IMG/VR virus record: IMGVR_UViG_3300042508_000665
Span: 4,614 to 68,613 of that record
Length of the DNA: 64,000 nucleotides
Direction: 5' to 3' (one strand)
Origin: a virus
Shown here: in pieces, positions 8,415-16,954 of the stretch
Position numbering within the stretch: the first letter of the stretch is position 1
Layout: each line of letters starts with the position of its first letter
The notes under the pieces: generated by a model
What the model was told of the DNA's origin: nothing
The model's input: the letters and a program-made list of their open reading frames with translations, nothing else
Databases searched by the model: none
Program-made: the position numbers and the translations under genes

Positions 8415-8583
8415 TGTTGGGACAATCCTTTAATATCTCCATTTATTTATGGCTCGTTTTTCTTTACTATAAACGACTCATATTAAATGGAACATTACTC
8501 TTTCTTATAGTTAACTATTTTCTCCGCGCTTTTTTTGCAATATATTTAAGTAGTTAAAATTAAATAAAATCGCTTAAAATTAT

Positions 8584-8610
8584 TAAGTTGTGTTTGAAGG
8601 CTGCCGATTG
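8584..8610 (+). promoter_or_regulatory. sigma28(FliA)-like promoter TAAG-N15-GCCGATTG
   Basis: Near-consensus, 25 nt upstream of ATG 8636, which has a GAGG SD. Confidence 0.6.
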
Positions 8611-8635
8611 TATTACTATACAAGAGAGGTAATAT

Positions 8636-8887
8636 ATGAAAAAATACCTATTCCCTTTAGAATTAAAATCTGATCTTTTGGAAATTAATCAGAAAAAAGG
8701 TCTTCCGATTCAGCTCCTCTCTACCCCAACCCAAACATTTGTAAGATTCAAAGTTATTAGAGATTTTGGTAGCTATCGAAGACAATTTACGTATAATAAA
8801 AATCCCTATGAACTGCTAAAAGATTTAAACTGTTTGCCAGATTTAACGCCGAAATATAACTGGAGCTTATTAGGCAAATTTCTGTAA
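8636..8887 (+). CDS. hypothetical protein
   Basis: 83 aa, GAGG SD. Confidence 0.6.
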   Translation: MKKYLFPLELKSDLLEINQKKGLPIQLLSTPTQTFVRFKVIRDFGSYRRQFTYNKNPYELLKDLNCLPDLTPKYNWSLLGKFL

Positions 8888-9709
8888 TTCACAAACCCAA
8901 TTTTCCACGATTGCTTCTTTCACTTCAGGATTTTTTGTTTGTGGCTTCGGTGTAGTAGATTTAGAAATTATACTTCTTAAAAATTTGATTGCTTCTAAGT
9001 GAGTTTTCATTTGCTGTAAACTAAAGTGACTCAAAGCATCGCTGTATTGATTGACGCACGCACAAGGATGCATAATTCCCTCTTCGACGTGTTCACCACC
9101 TAATACGTGACCAATTTCATGAATAAGCACACGAGTCGTAAATTGTTCACTTCCTATGACTTTCGCGAATACAGTCGCAGGAACCACCCCCAAAATTCCA
9201 AGACCAGTAGCAAGTCCAATCATGCTTTCTTCTCGAAAGTCAAAACTATTTACGTTATTTGGGAATGCTTCCAATAAAATAACAGTTAAATCGGTTTTGT
9301 ACGTCTCAAGGGAATAAGATATATTTAGCCATTTTTGCCATCTTTCTTGTACAGTACCCTTTGGTTGTTCTCTATTTAAAATAATGTTTTTAATCTCAAA
9401 GGACAAATCTAATTCAGATTCGAGATAATTGATAGCCTTTTTTAGTGGCTGAAGTCCTCTATTGCATTCAACGTGACCACCACAAATAACAGTGACCGTA
9501 AAAACAATTTTTTCATTGGTATTATTTAATACTGCCTTTGTTGAGAGAGCTGTATTTGACGGGGAAAAGTCAACTTGAGATGGTTTGTTTCTGGAAAATG
9601 AAGCAGTTAAAAATGGAAAAAAGAATAACAAAAGTAAGAGACTTATTGTTCCAATTAAAGATATGCTTTTTTTCGACGAGTATTTTATAGGTTTATACTG
9701 TTTTCTCAT
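8870..9709 (-). CDS. membrane-anchored metzincin (reprolysin/M12-like) zinc metalloprotease
   Basis: N-terminal TM segment; HEIGHVLGGEH motif followed by Met-turn GIMHP. Confidence 0.8.
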   Translation of the reverse strand: MRKQYKPIKYSSKKSISLIGTISLLLLLFFFPFLTASFSRNKPSQVDFSPSNTALSTKAVLNNTNEKIVFTVTVICGGHVECNRGLQPLKKAINYLESELDLSFEIKNIILNREQPKGTVQERWQKWLNISYSLETYKTDLTVILLEAFPNNVNSFDFREESMIGLATGLGILGVVPATVFAKVIGSEQFTTRVLIHEIGHVLGGEHVEEGIMHPCACVNQYSDALSHFSLQQMKTHLEAIKFLRSIISKSTTPKPQTKNPEVKEAIVENWVCELQKFA

Positions 9710-9802
9710 ATCAAGTATTTATTGACCAAAAACAAACAAAGATAGAAATGGGGATGTTTTTTGGTGCGATAAAATGTTATGATTAAAACGTGAGAGAATC
9801 GA

Positions 9803-11734
9803 ATGCCTAAATTAGCTCTAAAAGATTGGATAATTAACACACTTGGTATAGGAGAAGCCAAGAATGCTGCCCATTATCGGGAAAAATGGCTACGTGACAA
9901 TCACCCGCACAGACTTGCCGAAATAATACAGGCAACAAATTTCCTCGATATAGATAGTAATCTTTCATTTAGAATATTTTGCATTCTAAACGACGTAGAA
10001 TCAAAGCCTATATGCGACCGCTGCAATGCAAAACCAACTAAATTTTGCAATGGGAAAATTCAAAAATACTGTTCCGTAGAGTGTGCGTCTTCTTCGCCGG
10101 ATAGACAAAAGAAGCGAAAAATCACTAATTTAATGAAATATGGTGTAGAGCACGCACAGCAAAATGAATCGGTAAAAAGAAAAAGAGAGCAAACGTGTTT
10201 GAGGATTTATGGAGAAACTAATCCGACTAAAAATCAGAATGTTAAAAAGCTAATATCTGAAAAATCAAAGAGTGCACATTCTAATATCGACCATTCCGAA
10301 TACGCTAAGAGATTGGAGAAATATAAAAAGACAAATTTAGAGCGCTTTGGCGTTGAATTTGCTATTCAGAATGAAAAAATAAAAGAGAAGTCTAATAAAA
10401 CATGCCTTGAAAAATATGGAGTTGATAATCCTAGTAAATCTGAAGAAATTAAAAACAAAATTAAAAATACGAACATGTCTAGGTATGGAGTTCCATGGGG
10501 TTTATCTAACGACGGCATACGAAAGAAGATAGTTAATACCTTAAAAGAAAAGTGTGGAGTAGAACATCCATCACAAATACCAGACGTGCGACGGAAGGCA
10601 GAACAAACTACTCTTGAGAGGCTGGGAGTGTGTTTTGCTGCTCAGTCTGATGAAATTCAAGAACGTATGCAGCAAAAAATGTTAGAAAGATATGGTGTCA
10701 AATGGGCAACTCAAACACATATTCCGCCAGATTCTATTATAAAATTAAATGATATCGAATGGTTAAAAAATGCGAATCAAACCAAATCTTTGACTGAGAT
10801 ATCAAAAGAACTTGGTGTTGGTGACGTAACTGTGGGGATCTATTTTAGGAAACATGGTATAGAGCCAATATATCATTATCGCTCATCAGGTAAGATTGAA
10901 CTCTGCTCATTTCTAAAAGAATCTGGTGTGGTAGATTATGAATGTAATATTCGCGGAATAATAGGTAAAGATGAATTAGATATTTTTATTCCGGAAAAGA
11001 GGATTGCAATTGAATATCATGGGATATATTGGCACTCGGAAAACATATCAGCCCAAAATAGAATCAAACATTTTAAATTATGGCAAAAATGTCATAATAA
11101 AGGTATAAGACTCTTTCAAATATATGAGCATGAATGGTTAGATCCCCAAAAGAAACTTATCTGGAAGAATATTCTTTCGGCATCACTGGGAAAATTTGAT
11201 TCTATATATGCCAGAAAGTGTTTTGTGATTGAATTAAATCCAAAAGAGGTCAAAACATTCTATGATTCAAACCATCTACAGGGAATGGTGGGAGCAAGCA
11301 GTCATTTTGGTCTTTTATATGAGGGGCGGATTATAGCTGCAATGTCTTTCAGAACATCTAAGGGGCAGTCTGAACTTATAAGATTCTGTTCATTGCTAGG
11401 AGTCAGAGTCGTTGGGGGCGCGTCTAAGCTTCTTATGGCTTATGTTAAAAAATATAAACCAAAAGAAATTGTTACCTTCAGTGATAATAGATATTCTTCC
11501 GGAAATCTTTATAATACTTTAGGATTCGATGCAGTCGCTAATGTGCCTCCCAGATACATTTATGTTCACGGCAATACACACGAAGAGATGCATAGGCGTT
11601 CTTTTCAAAAGCAATATTTAAACAGAATCATACCCAATTATGATTCATCTTTAACTGAATGGGAGAATGTTAAGCGGTCTCTTTGGTTACGTATTTGGGA
11701 TGCTGGTAAAATCAAATGGATTTTAAAACAATAA
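9803..11734 (+). CDS. Hef-like homing endonuclease with KYGV repeats
   Basis: About eight (K/R)(Y/F)GVxxxxQ repeats, ELDIFIPEKRIAIEYHGIYWHS nuclease motif, C-terminal ELIRFCS..GGASKL..DNRYS..IWDAG domain. Confidence 0.75.
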   Translation: MPKLALKDWIINTLGIGEAKNAAHYREKWLRDNHPHRLAEIIQATNFLDIDSNLSFRIFCILNDVESKPICDRCNAKPTKFCNGKIQKYCSVECASSSPDRQKKRKITNLMKYGVEHAQQNESVKRKREQTCLRIYGETNPTKNQNVKKLISEKSKSAHSNIDHSEYAKRLEKYKKTNLERFGVEFAIQNEKIKEKSNKTCLEKYGVDNPSKSEEIKNKIKNTNMSRYGVPWGLSNDGIRKKIVNTLKEKCGVEHPSQIPDVRRKAEQTTLERLGVCFAAQSDEIQERMQQKMLERYGVKWATQTHIPPDSIIKLNDIEWLKNANQTKSLTEISKELGVGDVTVGIYFRKHGIEPIYHYRSSGKIELCSFLKESGVVDYECNIRGIIGKDELDIFIPEKRIAIEYHGIYWHSENISAQNRIKHFKLWQKCHNKGIRLFQIYEHEWLDPQKKLIWKNILSASLGKFDSIYARKCFVIELNPKEVKTFYDSNHLQGMVGASSHFGLLYEGRIIAAMSFRTSKGQSELIRFCSLLGVRVVGGASKLLMAYVKKYKPKEIVTFSDNRYSSGNLYNTLGFDAVANVPPRYIYVHGNTHEEMHRRSFQKQYLNRIIPNYDSSLTEWENVKRSLWLRIWDAGKIKWILKQ

Positions 11735-11760
11735 AAAAGGGAGCCGAAGCTCCCCTTTTT
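11733..11760. terminator. bidirectional intrinsic terminator (UUCG loop on minus strand)
   Basis: aaaaaagggagc-cgaa-gctccccttttt between convergent genes. Confidence 0.85.
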
Positions 11761-11779
11761 ATTTCTATTTGTTTTTAGA

Positions 11780-13093
11780 TTAGAGAATGTTCTTAATCTT
11801 AAACTTACGATACCAAATATTAGTATTTGCTGTAAATGCACCAGTGCTATTACCAGCAAGATTACCGAAAGGTGACTCAACCATGCCGTATCGTGTTTTA
11901 AACGCGAGTGATGGTTGATAAGACTTAGGATCGGTAGCTTGGAACATTTGGAGTGGTGTATATGGGCAGTAGAAGAATCCAGCATCCATCGGACTAGGAC
12001 CACGATACCCAACAACAGCGAAGTTTACATTAGATGGGATATATGGGTCGGCATATACTTTCCATCTTCCCATTAAGGAACCTACGAAAGTACGTCCAGA
12101 CTCTTCAACACCAATGTCAACCTTAAGAGCATCAGTAGCATCAAGCAATTTAGCCATTGAAAGGGCTGCTGCTGTGTTGCTATCACAGATGACGATGTTA
12201 CCAATTCCTCTGCGAGTTTCACGAGCAATCGCATTAGACTCACGTGCAAGCTGTATGATAAGACCTACATACTTTTCTGCATGGAAACGTCCATCAGCAT
12301 CTTCATTAAGGTCAAACTCACCAGGAGTTGCAAGTCCAGCATCCTGACAACCAACTTTAGCGATTAAGTAGATAGTGCGGATAACTTCTCTGTTAATTTC
12401 GCTAAGAAGCTCAGTGGCTACAATCTCAGCAAGCTCTTTTTGAGCGTCGAGACCATGAACTGCCATAAGATCTTGCATTAATTCGTGGGTATATGCTGCA
12501 CGAAGGGCGCGAGTCTTAGCTTCAACTGGTATACGATCGATGCTAAGAGCCATTTCGGGCATATCAGGTGAAGCACCACCAGTTCCGAGAGCCTCACCAG
12601 CGACAGTTGAAGAACCAACACCGCGAGAGAATCCAACATCGAACGGATCGATTGTTGCGGAATGTGTGCCTGTACCAGCGTAATCGGTATCTGCTTCATT
12701 AAACAAAGCTTCCGTACCGCCCTGAGTCCCATATTTGGCTTTCAGTGCAAATACATAAGATTGTGGCTGATTCATCGGCTGCACACCTGCTACATCAAAT
12801 GCCATCATATAAGGTAGCGCACGACGTAGCATGGTCATCAATGGAACTGTAAACCCTTTTAAATTTGGGTTTGCGTCCGGAAAGCCACCCTGAGAGTTAG
12901 CTGGGGCGTCTTCGGTGATGAACTTTGCGTTAAAGTCGCGATATACGGCATTAGACTTAAGGTCCTGCAACTGATTCTCAAGCAGAACGGCAAGTACTTT
13001 TTCTTTATACTCACTTAGCTTAGGGAACGCCTGGTGGCGAAGAACCCCTTTCCAACTTTCAACGAGTACTCTTGAAGTCTCATTCTTTATCAT
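11780..13093 (-). CDS. gp23: major capsid protein
   Basis: LLENQ, GVQPM, EAKTRALRA.YT.EL.QDL.AVHGLDA, EINRE, DAGFFYCPY, FKTRYG. Confidence 0.97.
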   Translation of the reverse strand: MIKNETSRVLVESWKGVLRHQAFPKLSEYKEKVLAVLLENQLQDLKSNAVYRDFNAKFITEDAPANSQGGFPDANPNLKGFTVPLMTMLRRALPYMMAFDVAGVQPMNQPQSYVFALKAKYGTQGGTEALFNEADTDYAGTGTHSATIDPFDVGFSRGVGSSTVAGEALGTGGASPDMPEMALSIDRIPVEAKTRALRAAYTHELMQDLMAVHGLDAQKELAEIVATELLSEINREVIRTIYLIAKVGCQDAGLATPGEFDLNEDADGRFHAEKYVGLIIQLARESNAIARETRRGIGNIVICDSNTAAALSMAKLLDATDALKVDIGVEESGRTFVGSLMGRWKVYADPYIPSNVNFAVVGYRGPSPMDAGFFYCPYTPLQMFQATDPKSYQPSLAFKTRYGMVESPFGNLAGNSTGAFTANTNIWYRKFKIKNIL

Positions 13094-13126
13094 TTAAAAA
13101 ACTCCTATCCTTTAATGGAATGTAAA

Positions 13127-14416
13127 CTATTTATTGCTTTCAATACCCGCTGGGATTAAATTTGCAATTAAATCTGCTTCAGTTTTCACTGAAGGGACTT
13201 CTTTGCGAATACCTCCCCTTAAGGCCAAGGTTTCATTTGTTTCTTGAATACTTTCAACTTTATTAACTGCTTTAGGCATGAAAGATTTTTTCATTGCAGT
13301 CACATTTTCTTTGAAAGTGTCTAAATCCTCAGCCTTGATTTTAGCAACCACGGCTCGGAAATTTTCTATCTCAGTGAGCGGAAGCCCTTTTGATGCTTCT
13401 TCGATAATTAAAGCTCTGTCTCGAAGAGAGACTTCCTTTAGTAAATCTGCATTTTCAGAAACGAGCTTATTGGACTCACTTGTCAAAGTGGCGATTTTAT
13501 CTTCATACATATCAATTAGCTGTGACGATATGTCCACAGTTTCGATATCAAACGTCTCAACAAGTGTTTTCACACTTTCAAAAATTTTCTTTGCAACCTT
13601 TACTTGTGCGGTTGTAAACAACTTAGGCTCATTTTGCTTCCGCCAAGTTTCAACAACATATTCTAAGTAATGGCTAATTTGCTCATTTAACTTCTCTTCG
13701 CGAGTTAGAATGATCTGCTCATATTTCTTACTGAGAACCTGTTCTGCTAAACGAACTGCCTTGCTAATTCTAGCTTCAGCGACTTCTTTAACTGATTCGT
13801 CGAAAAGTCTCTTGAGAACAACGATTTGTTCAGGCGGTAGCGTTTCCGATCCCGGAAGAGGTTCATTTTGCTTCCCTTCTTCCTGTTCTTCTCCCTCGTT
13901 GGCGCGAGTTACCACGTCCTTAACTTCTTCGTCCGACAGGCCAACGTTGTGCGTGGCTGCAAAATCGTTATTTTCAGATTCACCATCCTCAGATTTGTCG
14001 TCTTCGTTTTCCTCATCATCTGAATCTTCAAGTTCTTCGCCCTCTTCCATCATGCGAATAATCTCAGCAACTTCGGGGTCTATGTCGTTTTCAAGATCAT
14101 CACTAGAAACTAGAGCGTCGGCTGAGAGATTGCCCTTCCCCTCGCCAGCTTTAGGCTGATCTGGTATTGGAGATGGATCGGGAAGCGGTGTTCCGGATGC
14201 TGCCAATAGATCGGCTTCTGGAAGAAGAAAATCGCCCATTGGTTCTTCGAGTTCTTCTACTTCATCATCAAGCAAACCATCTAGCTCTTTACCAGAGACT
14301 ACTCGATTTGCCTCTGCTCCTGGCTGTTTGGCTGGTTCGCTACTCGCTACAGCTAGTGCCGGATTAGCATCACTTTCTCGAAGCAAATCTAATAATTCGC
14401 TTACTTTCTTGCTCAT
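13127..14416 (-). CDS. gp22: prohead core scaffold protein with long acidic N-terminal extension
   Basis: Directly upstream of gp23; YLEYVVETW..QN motif; coiled-coil. Confidence 0.85.
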   Translation of the reverse strand: MSKKVSELLDLLRESDANPALAVASSEPAKQPGAEANRVVSGKELDGLLDDEVEELEEPMGDFLLPEADLLAASGTPLPDPSPIPDQPKAGEGKGNLSADALVSSDDLENDIDPEVAEIIRMMEEGEELEDSDDEENEDDKSEDGESENNDFAATHNVGLSDEEVKDVVTRANEGEEQEEGKQNEPLPGSETLPPEQIVVLKRLFDESVKEVAEARISKAVRLAEQVLSKKYEQIILTREEKLNEQISHYLEYVVETWRKQNEPKLFTTAQVKVAKKIFESVKTLVETFDIETVDISSQLIDMYEDKIATLTSESNKLVSENADLLKEVSLRDRALIIEEASKGLPLTEIENFRAVVAKIKAEDLDTFKENVTAMKKSFMPKAVNKVESIQETNETLALRGGIRKEVPSVKTEADLIANLIPAGIESNK

Positions 14417-14427
14417 TTTTAAAACTC

Positions 14428-14778
14428 CTATAGTTCTTTCACTCTAACAAAAAAATCTTGCTCGAAGGTTTGTCCGTCCTCGGTTTCAGCAAGGCATTTT
14501 ATGTGATAATCGTGTTCCACATCGCCACCAACGATAGTGATTCTCGCTTGCGTTGAATACGGCGCTTCAATTTGAATACTGGCCTGCTGAAGAATGTCAT
14601 CCCCATCTTCTTTTTCACTCGGATGGGCAATATTCCATTTTTCGGCAGAAAAACTAGCCGTTACAATCCTACCAAAATAGGGGAGCACTTTATCGGAAAA
14701 GTCACAAGCAATTCTGACCTCTTCCGACGGCTGCTTTATGAGTGAGCGTTGAAACTCCGGCACAATCCAGTTCTTCAT
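14428..14778 (-). CDS. putative fibre-tail adaptor/virion protein
   Basis: KQPSEE...DFSD...GG....Y.I.C..ET.DGQTFE pattern; late promoter at 14785-14791. Confidence 0.55.
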   Translation of the reverse strand: MKNWIVPEFQRSLIKQPSEEVRIACDFSDKVLPYFGRIVTASFSAEKWNIAHPSEKEDGDDILQQASIQIEAPYSTQARITIVGGDVEHDYHIKCLAETEDGQTFEQDFFVRVKEL

Positions 14779-14859
14779 CATTTCTATTTATTGTGCTCGA
14801 TGTGGAGATGAAAAATGTTTGCTACTTATGCCATTTCATATCACCACTAAAGTGTCATT

Positions 14860-15168
14860 TCACACCATTTCCGTTTCTTGCTTACGCCCGAAAACTATTG
14901 TTTTACAGTGGCCTCTAACTGGCTCTAAACCTGTAATTTCTGTAACAAATATTCCAGGTTCGAACGCTCTGCTCTTTATCACTTCAACATTTTCCTCATT
15001 ATCAATATTACATCTAAGAATAATTGAAGAATTTACCTCTACTGTAAAATTTTCAAATGATTCATCAAGAATAGAAGTTATTATCCCATAAAGAGGGTAC
15101 ACTTTACCTACTTCTACCTGTCCCTCTTGGATGTTCAATCCATACTTATTAAAGAAATCTTCTGACAT
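14860..15168 (-). CDS. hypothetical protein (host-like family)
   Basis: AAAGG SD; GGTAATGC motif upstream at 15233. Confidence 0.65.
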   Translation of the reverse strand: MSEDFFNKYGLNIQEGQVEVGKVYPLYGIITSILDESFENFTVEVNSSIILRCNIDNEENVEVIKSRAFEPGIFVTEITGLEPVRGHCKTIVFGRKQETEMV

Positions 15169-15302
15169 TGTTTGACCTTTACAAGAAAGTAGCCCCGATA
15201 TCTGCATTATTCCTCATCTTGATATCTGGCGAGCATTACCCTGCGAGGGGCGTGAAGAACTATAAATAGCTTTTGTTCTTTAGTTACGAAAAACTTGTAT
15301 AT

Positions 15303-15668
15303 ATGAAAAAATTCACGAAATTCATCGCAGAACAGAGGGTCACTACATTCGATTATTCTAAAGAGCCTAATTCGACCATAGGCGCTGTGAATGTAGATAA
15401 GCTCGTCAAAGTGGCTTCAGTGCTGCTTGATGGTCCAATTACTTCAAAAAAGTTTAGATTGGCAGTCGTTTACGTCAATCCCCGTCGCGATGATGGAAGA
15501 ACGCTTGACGTATTTCCATCATATGGAAGTCCAGCTTGCTCTTCTGTAGAGGAACTCAGAGCATTGCAGCCTGATGTTACTGACATTCATGGAGTAATTC
15601 CAGAAGCTATTAATACATTTGAGCAATCTCCCTTATACAAGAATTTGACGTCATCCGAAGGTAAATAG
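15303..15668 (+). CDS. putative internal head protein with capsid-targeting sequence
   Basis: Starts MKKFTKFIAE, similar to the T4 IP targeting sequence MKTYQEFIAE; TATAAATA at 15261. Confidence 0.6.
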   Translation: MKKFTKFIAEQRVTTFDYSKEPNSTIGAVNVDKLVKVASVLLDGPITSKKFRLAVVYVNPRRDDGRTLDVFPSYGSPACSSVEELRALQPDVTDIHGVIPEAINTFEQSPLYKNLTSSEGK

Positions 15669-15732
15669 CCGCTATACAGGTTTAGAATCCAGCAATCCTT
15701 ATTTTTTTAGCGTCTAAATATCTTCAAGCAAC

Positions 15733-15957
15733 ATGAAAACATTTCTTCAATGGCTAACAGAAGATGGAAGTGTAAGTGGAGCTTCGGGTGAAGTTACTTC
15801 TGGAGAAGGCTTACCTGCCAATAACATAGGAAGTGGAAATATAGATTTGTATTCACTTCCTTTAGGAATGGTAAGAAGAAAAGGCGGAAAATATGGCAAC
15901 AAGAGGTCCGACAGAATTAGAACTAAGCGTACTCGCAGGATACAAACCACCAATTAA
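15733..15957 (+). CDS. small protein with capsid-targeting-like N-terminus
   Basis: MKTFLQWLTE|DG...PANNIGSG; TAAATA at 15715. Confidence 0.55.
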   Translation: MKTFLQWLTEDGSVSGASGEVTSGEGLPANNIGSGNIDLYSLPLGMVRRKGGKYGNKRSDRIRTKRTRRIQTTN

Positions 15958-16264
15958 ATCTATTCAATCCTTGCGAAAGGATATTTTATCAATCAATCAA
16001 CTTACAAATGCCCTCAAGAGCTACAGAACAAAACAAGACGAGCAATATTTAAAACGTTCGGTCAATCTCATTATTATTCTCTCTAATGTTTTTGAAGCAT
16101 CCACTCTTGAATATGCATTATACGCAATAATGCCAAAGGATCTTTGGCCTGAAGTAGCTACGTTATTATTTGTATTTAAACTTTCTACGAGCCGGAAACA
16201 CGTAGATGAAGATTTAATTCGTCTTATAAAAGATTTACGAGTAGAGCGTAGTACGCAACATTAA
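15893..16264 (+). CDS. conserved T4-like hypothetical protein
   Basis: L..Y.....LKRSVNLIIILSNVF pattern seen in T4-like phages. Confidence 0.6.
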   Translation: MATRGPTELELSVLAGYKPPIKSIQSLRKDILSINQLTNALKSYRTKQDEQYLKRSVNLIIILSNVFEASTLEYALYAIMPKDLWPEVATLLFVFKLSTSRKHVDEDLIRLIKDLRVERSTQH

Positions 16265-16950
16265 GACCAGAGATATTCTCGCAAGCTAATTAGCTTTAAT
16301 AAATTATTCTTATCTTCTTCGAGATATCCATTCTCAATATCACACATCTTTTCTTTCAAACTATCCCACATTCGTTTTTCATAATCGCTCAAGATAACTT
16401 GTCCGAAATAGAAATCATCGTTATTATATATTTGCACCAATCGTCGCTCGAACTCTGCACAACCAGAAGCCTCATATGGTTCTTCTCTAAACGGTCTTTT
16501 ACATTTCCACCATATATACAATTCTTTAATCTCACCCCAACATTTATTATCATCCTCGCTGTTATGCGAAATAAACTCATCTATATTTAAGTTAATCCGC
16601 CAATTAAGATAATCTATGCCCTTTCCGATTGAGCGTACGGGTGGTAGAATCATGTTAAAAGGCCATAGCTCCTTAAAGGCTTTTAAACATTTTGTTTTCC
16701 TACTTTCAGATTGAACTTCATCATCTAATTCCCAATTCATTGAAGCGCATTCGATTTCCACAAAATCAACAAGTAATGAAAAGCATGCGTGAAGCATTCT
16801 TTCATCGATATCTCGATATCCTGGTACTAAATCAGTTTTAACAGTATGATATTTTTCATATGTGCGATATGCGATTTGTCTTTCCAAATGTTTTAGGTGC
16901 TCAAGCGCATCGCGAATAAGTGTTTTTATTTTATTTCTTATTTTATTCAT
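16261..16950 (-). CDS. hypothetical protein
   Basis: Downstream of nrdJ; D.DERMLHACF.LLVDFVEIE...ELY.WW...L..LI.LR.YLWS phage family. Confidence 0.65.
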   Translation of the reverse strand: MNKIRNKIKTLIRDALEHLKHLERQIAYRTYEKYHTVKTDLVPGYRDIDERMLHACFSLLVDFVEIECASMNWELDDEVQSESRKTKCLKAFKELWPFNMILPPVRSIGKGIDYLNWRINLNIDEFISHNSEDDNKCWGEIKELYIWWKCKRPFREEPYEASGCAEFERRLVQIYNNDDFYFGQVILSDYEKRMWDSLKEKMCDIENGYLEEDKNNLLKLISLREYLWS

Positions 16951-16954
16951 ATTA

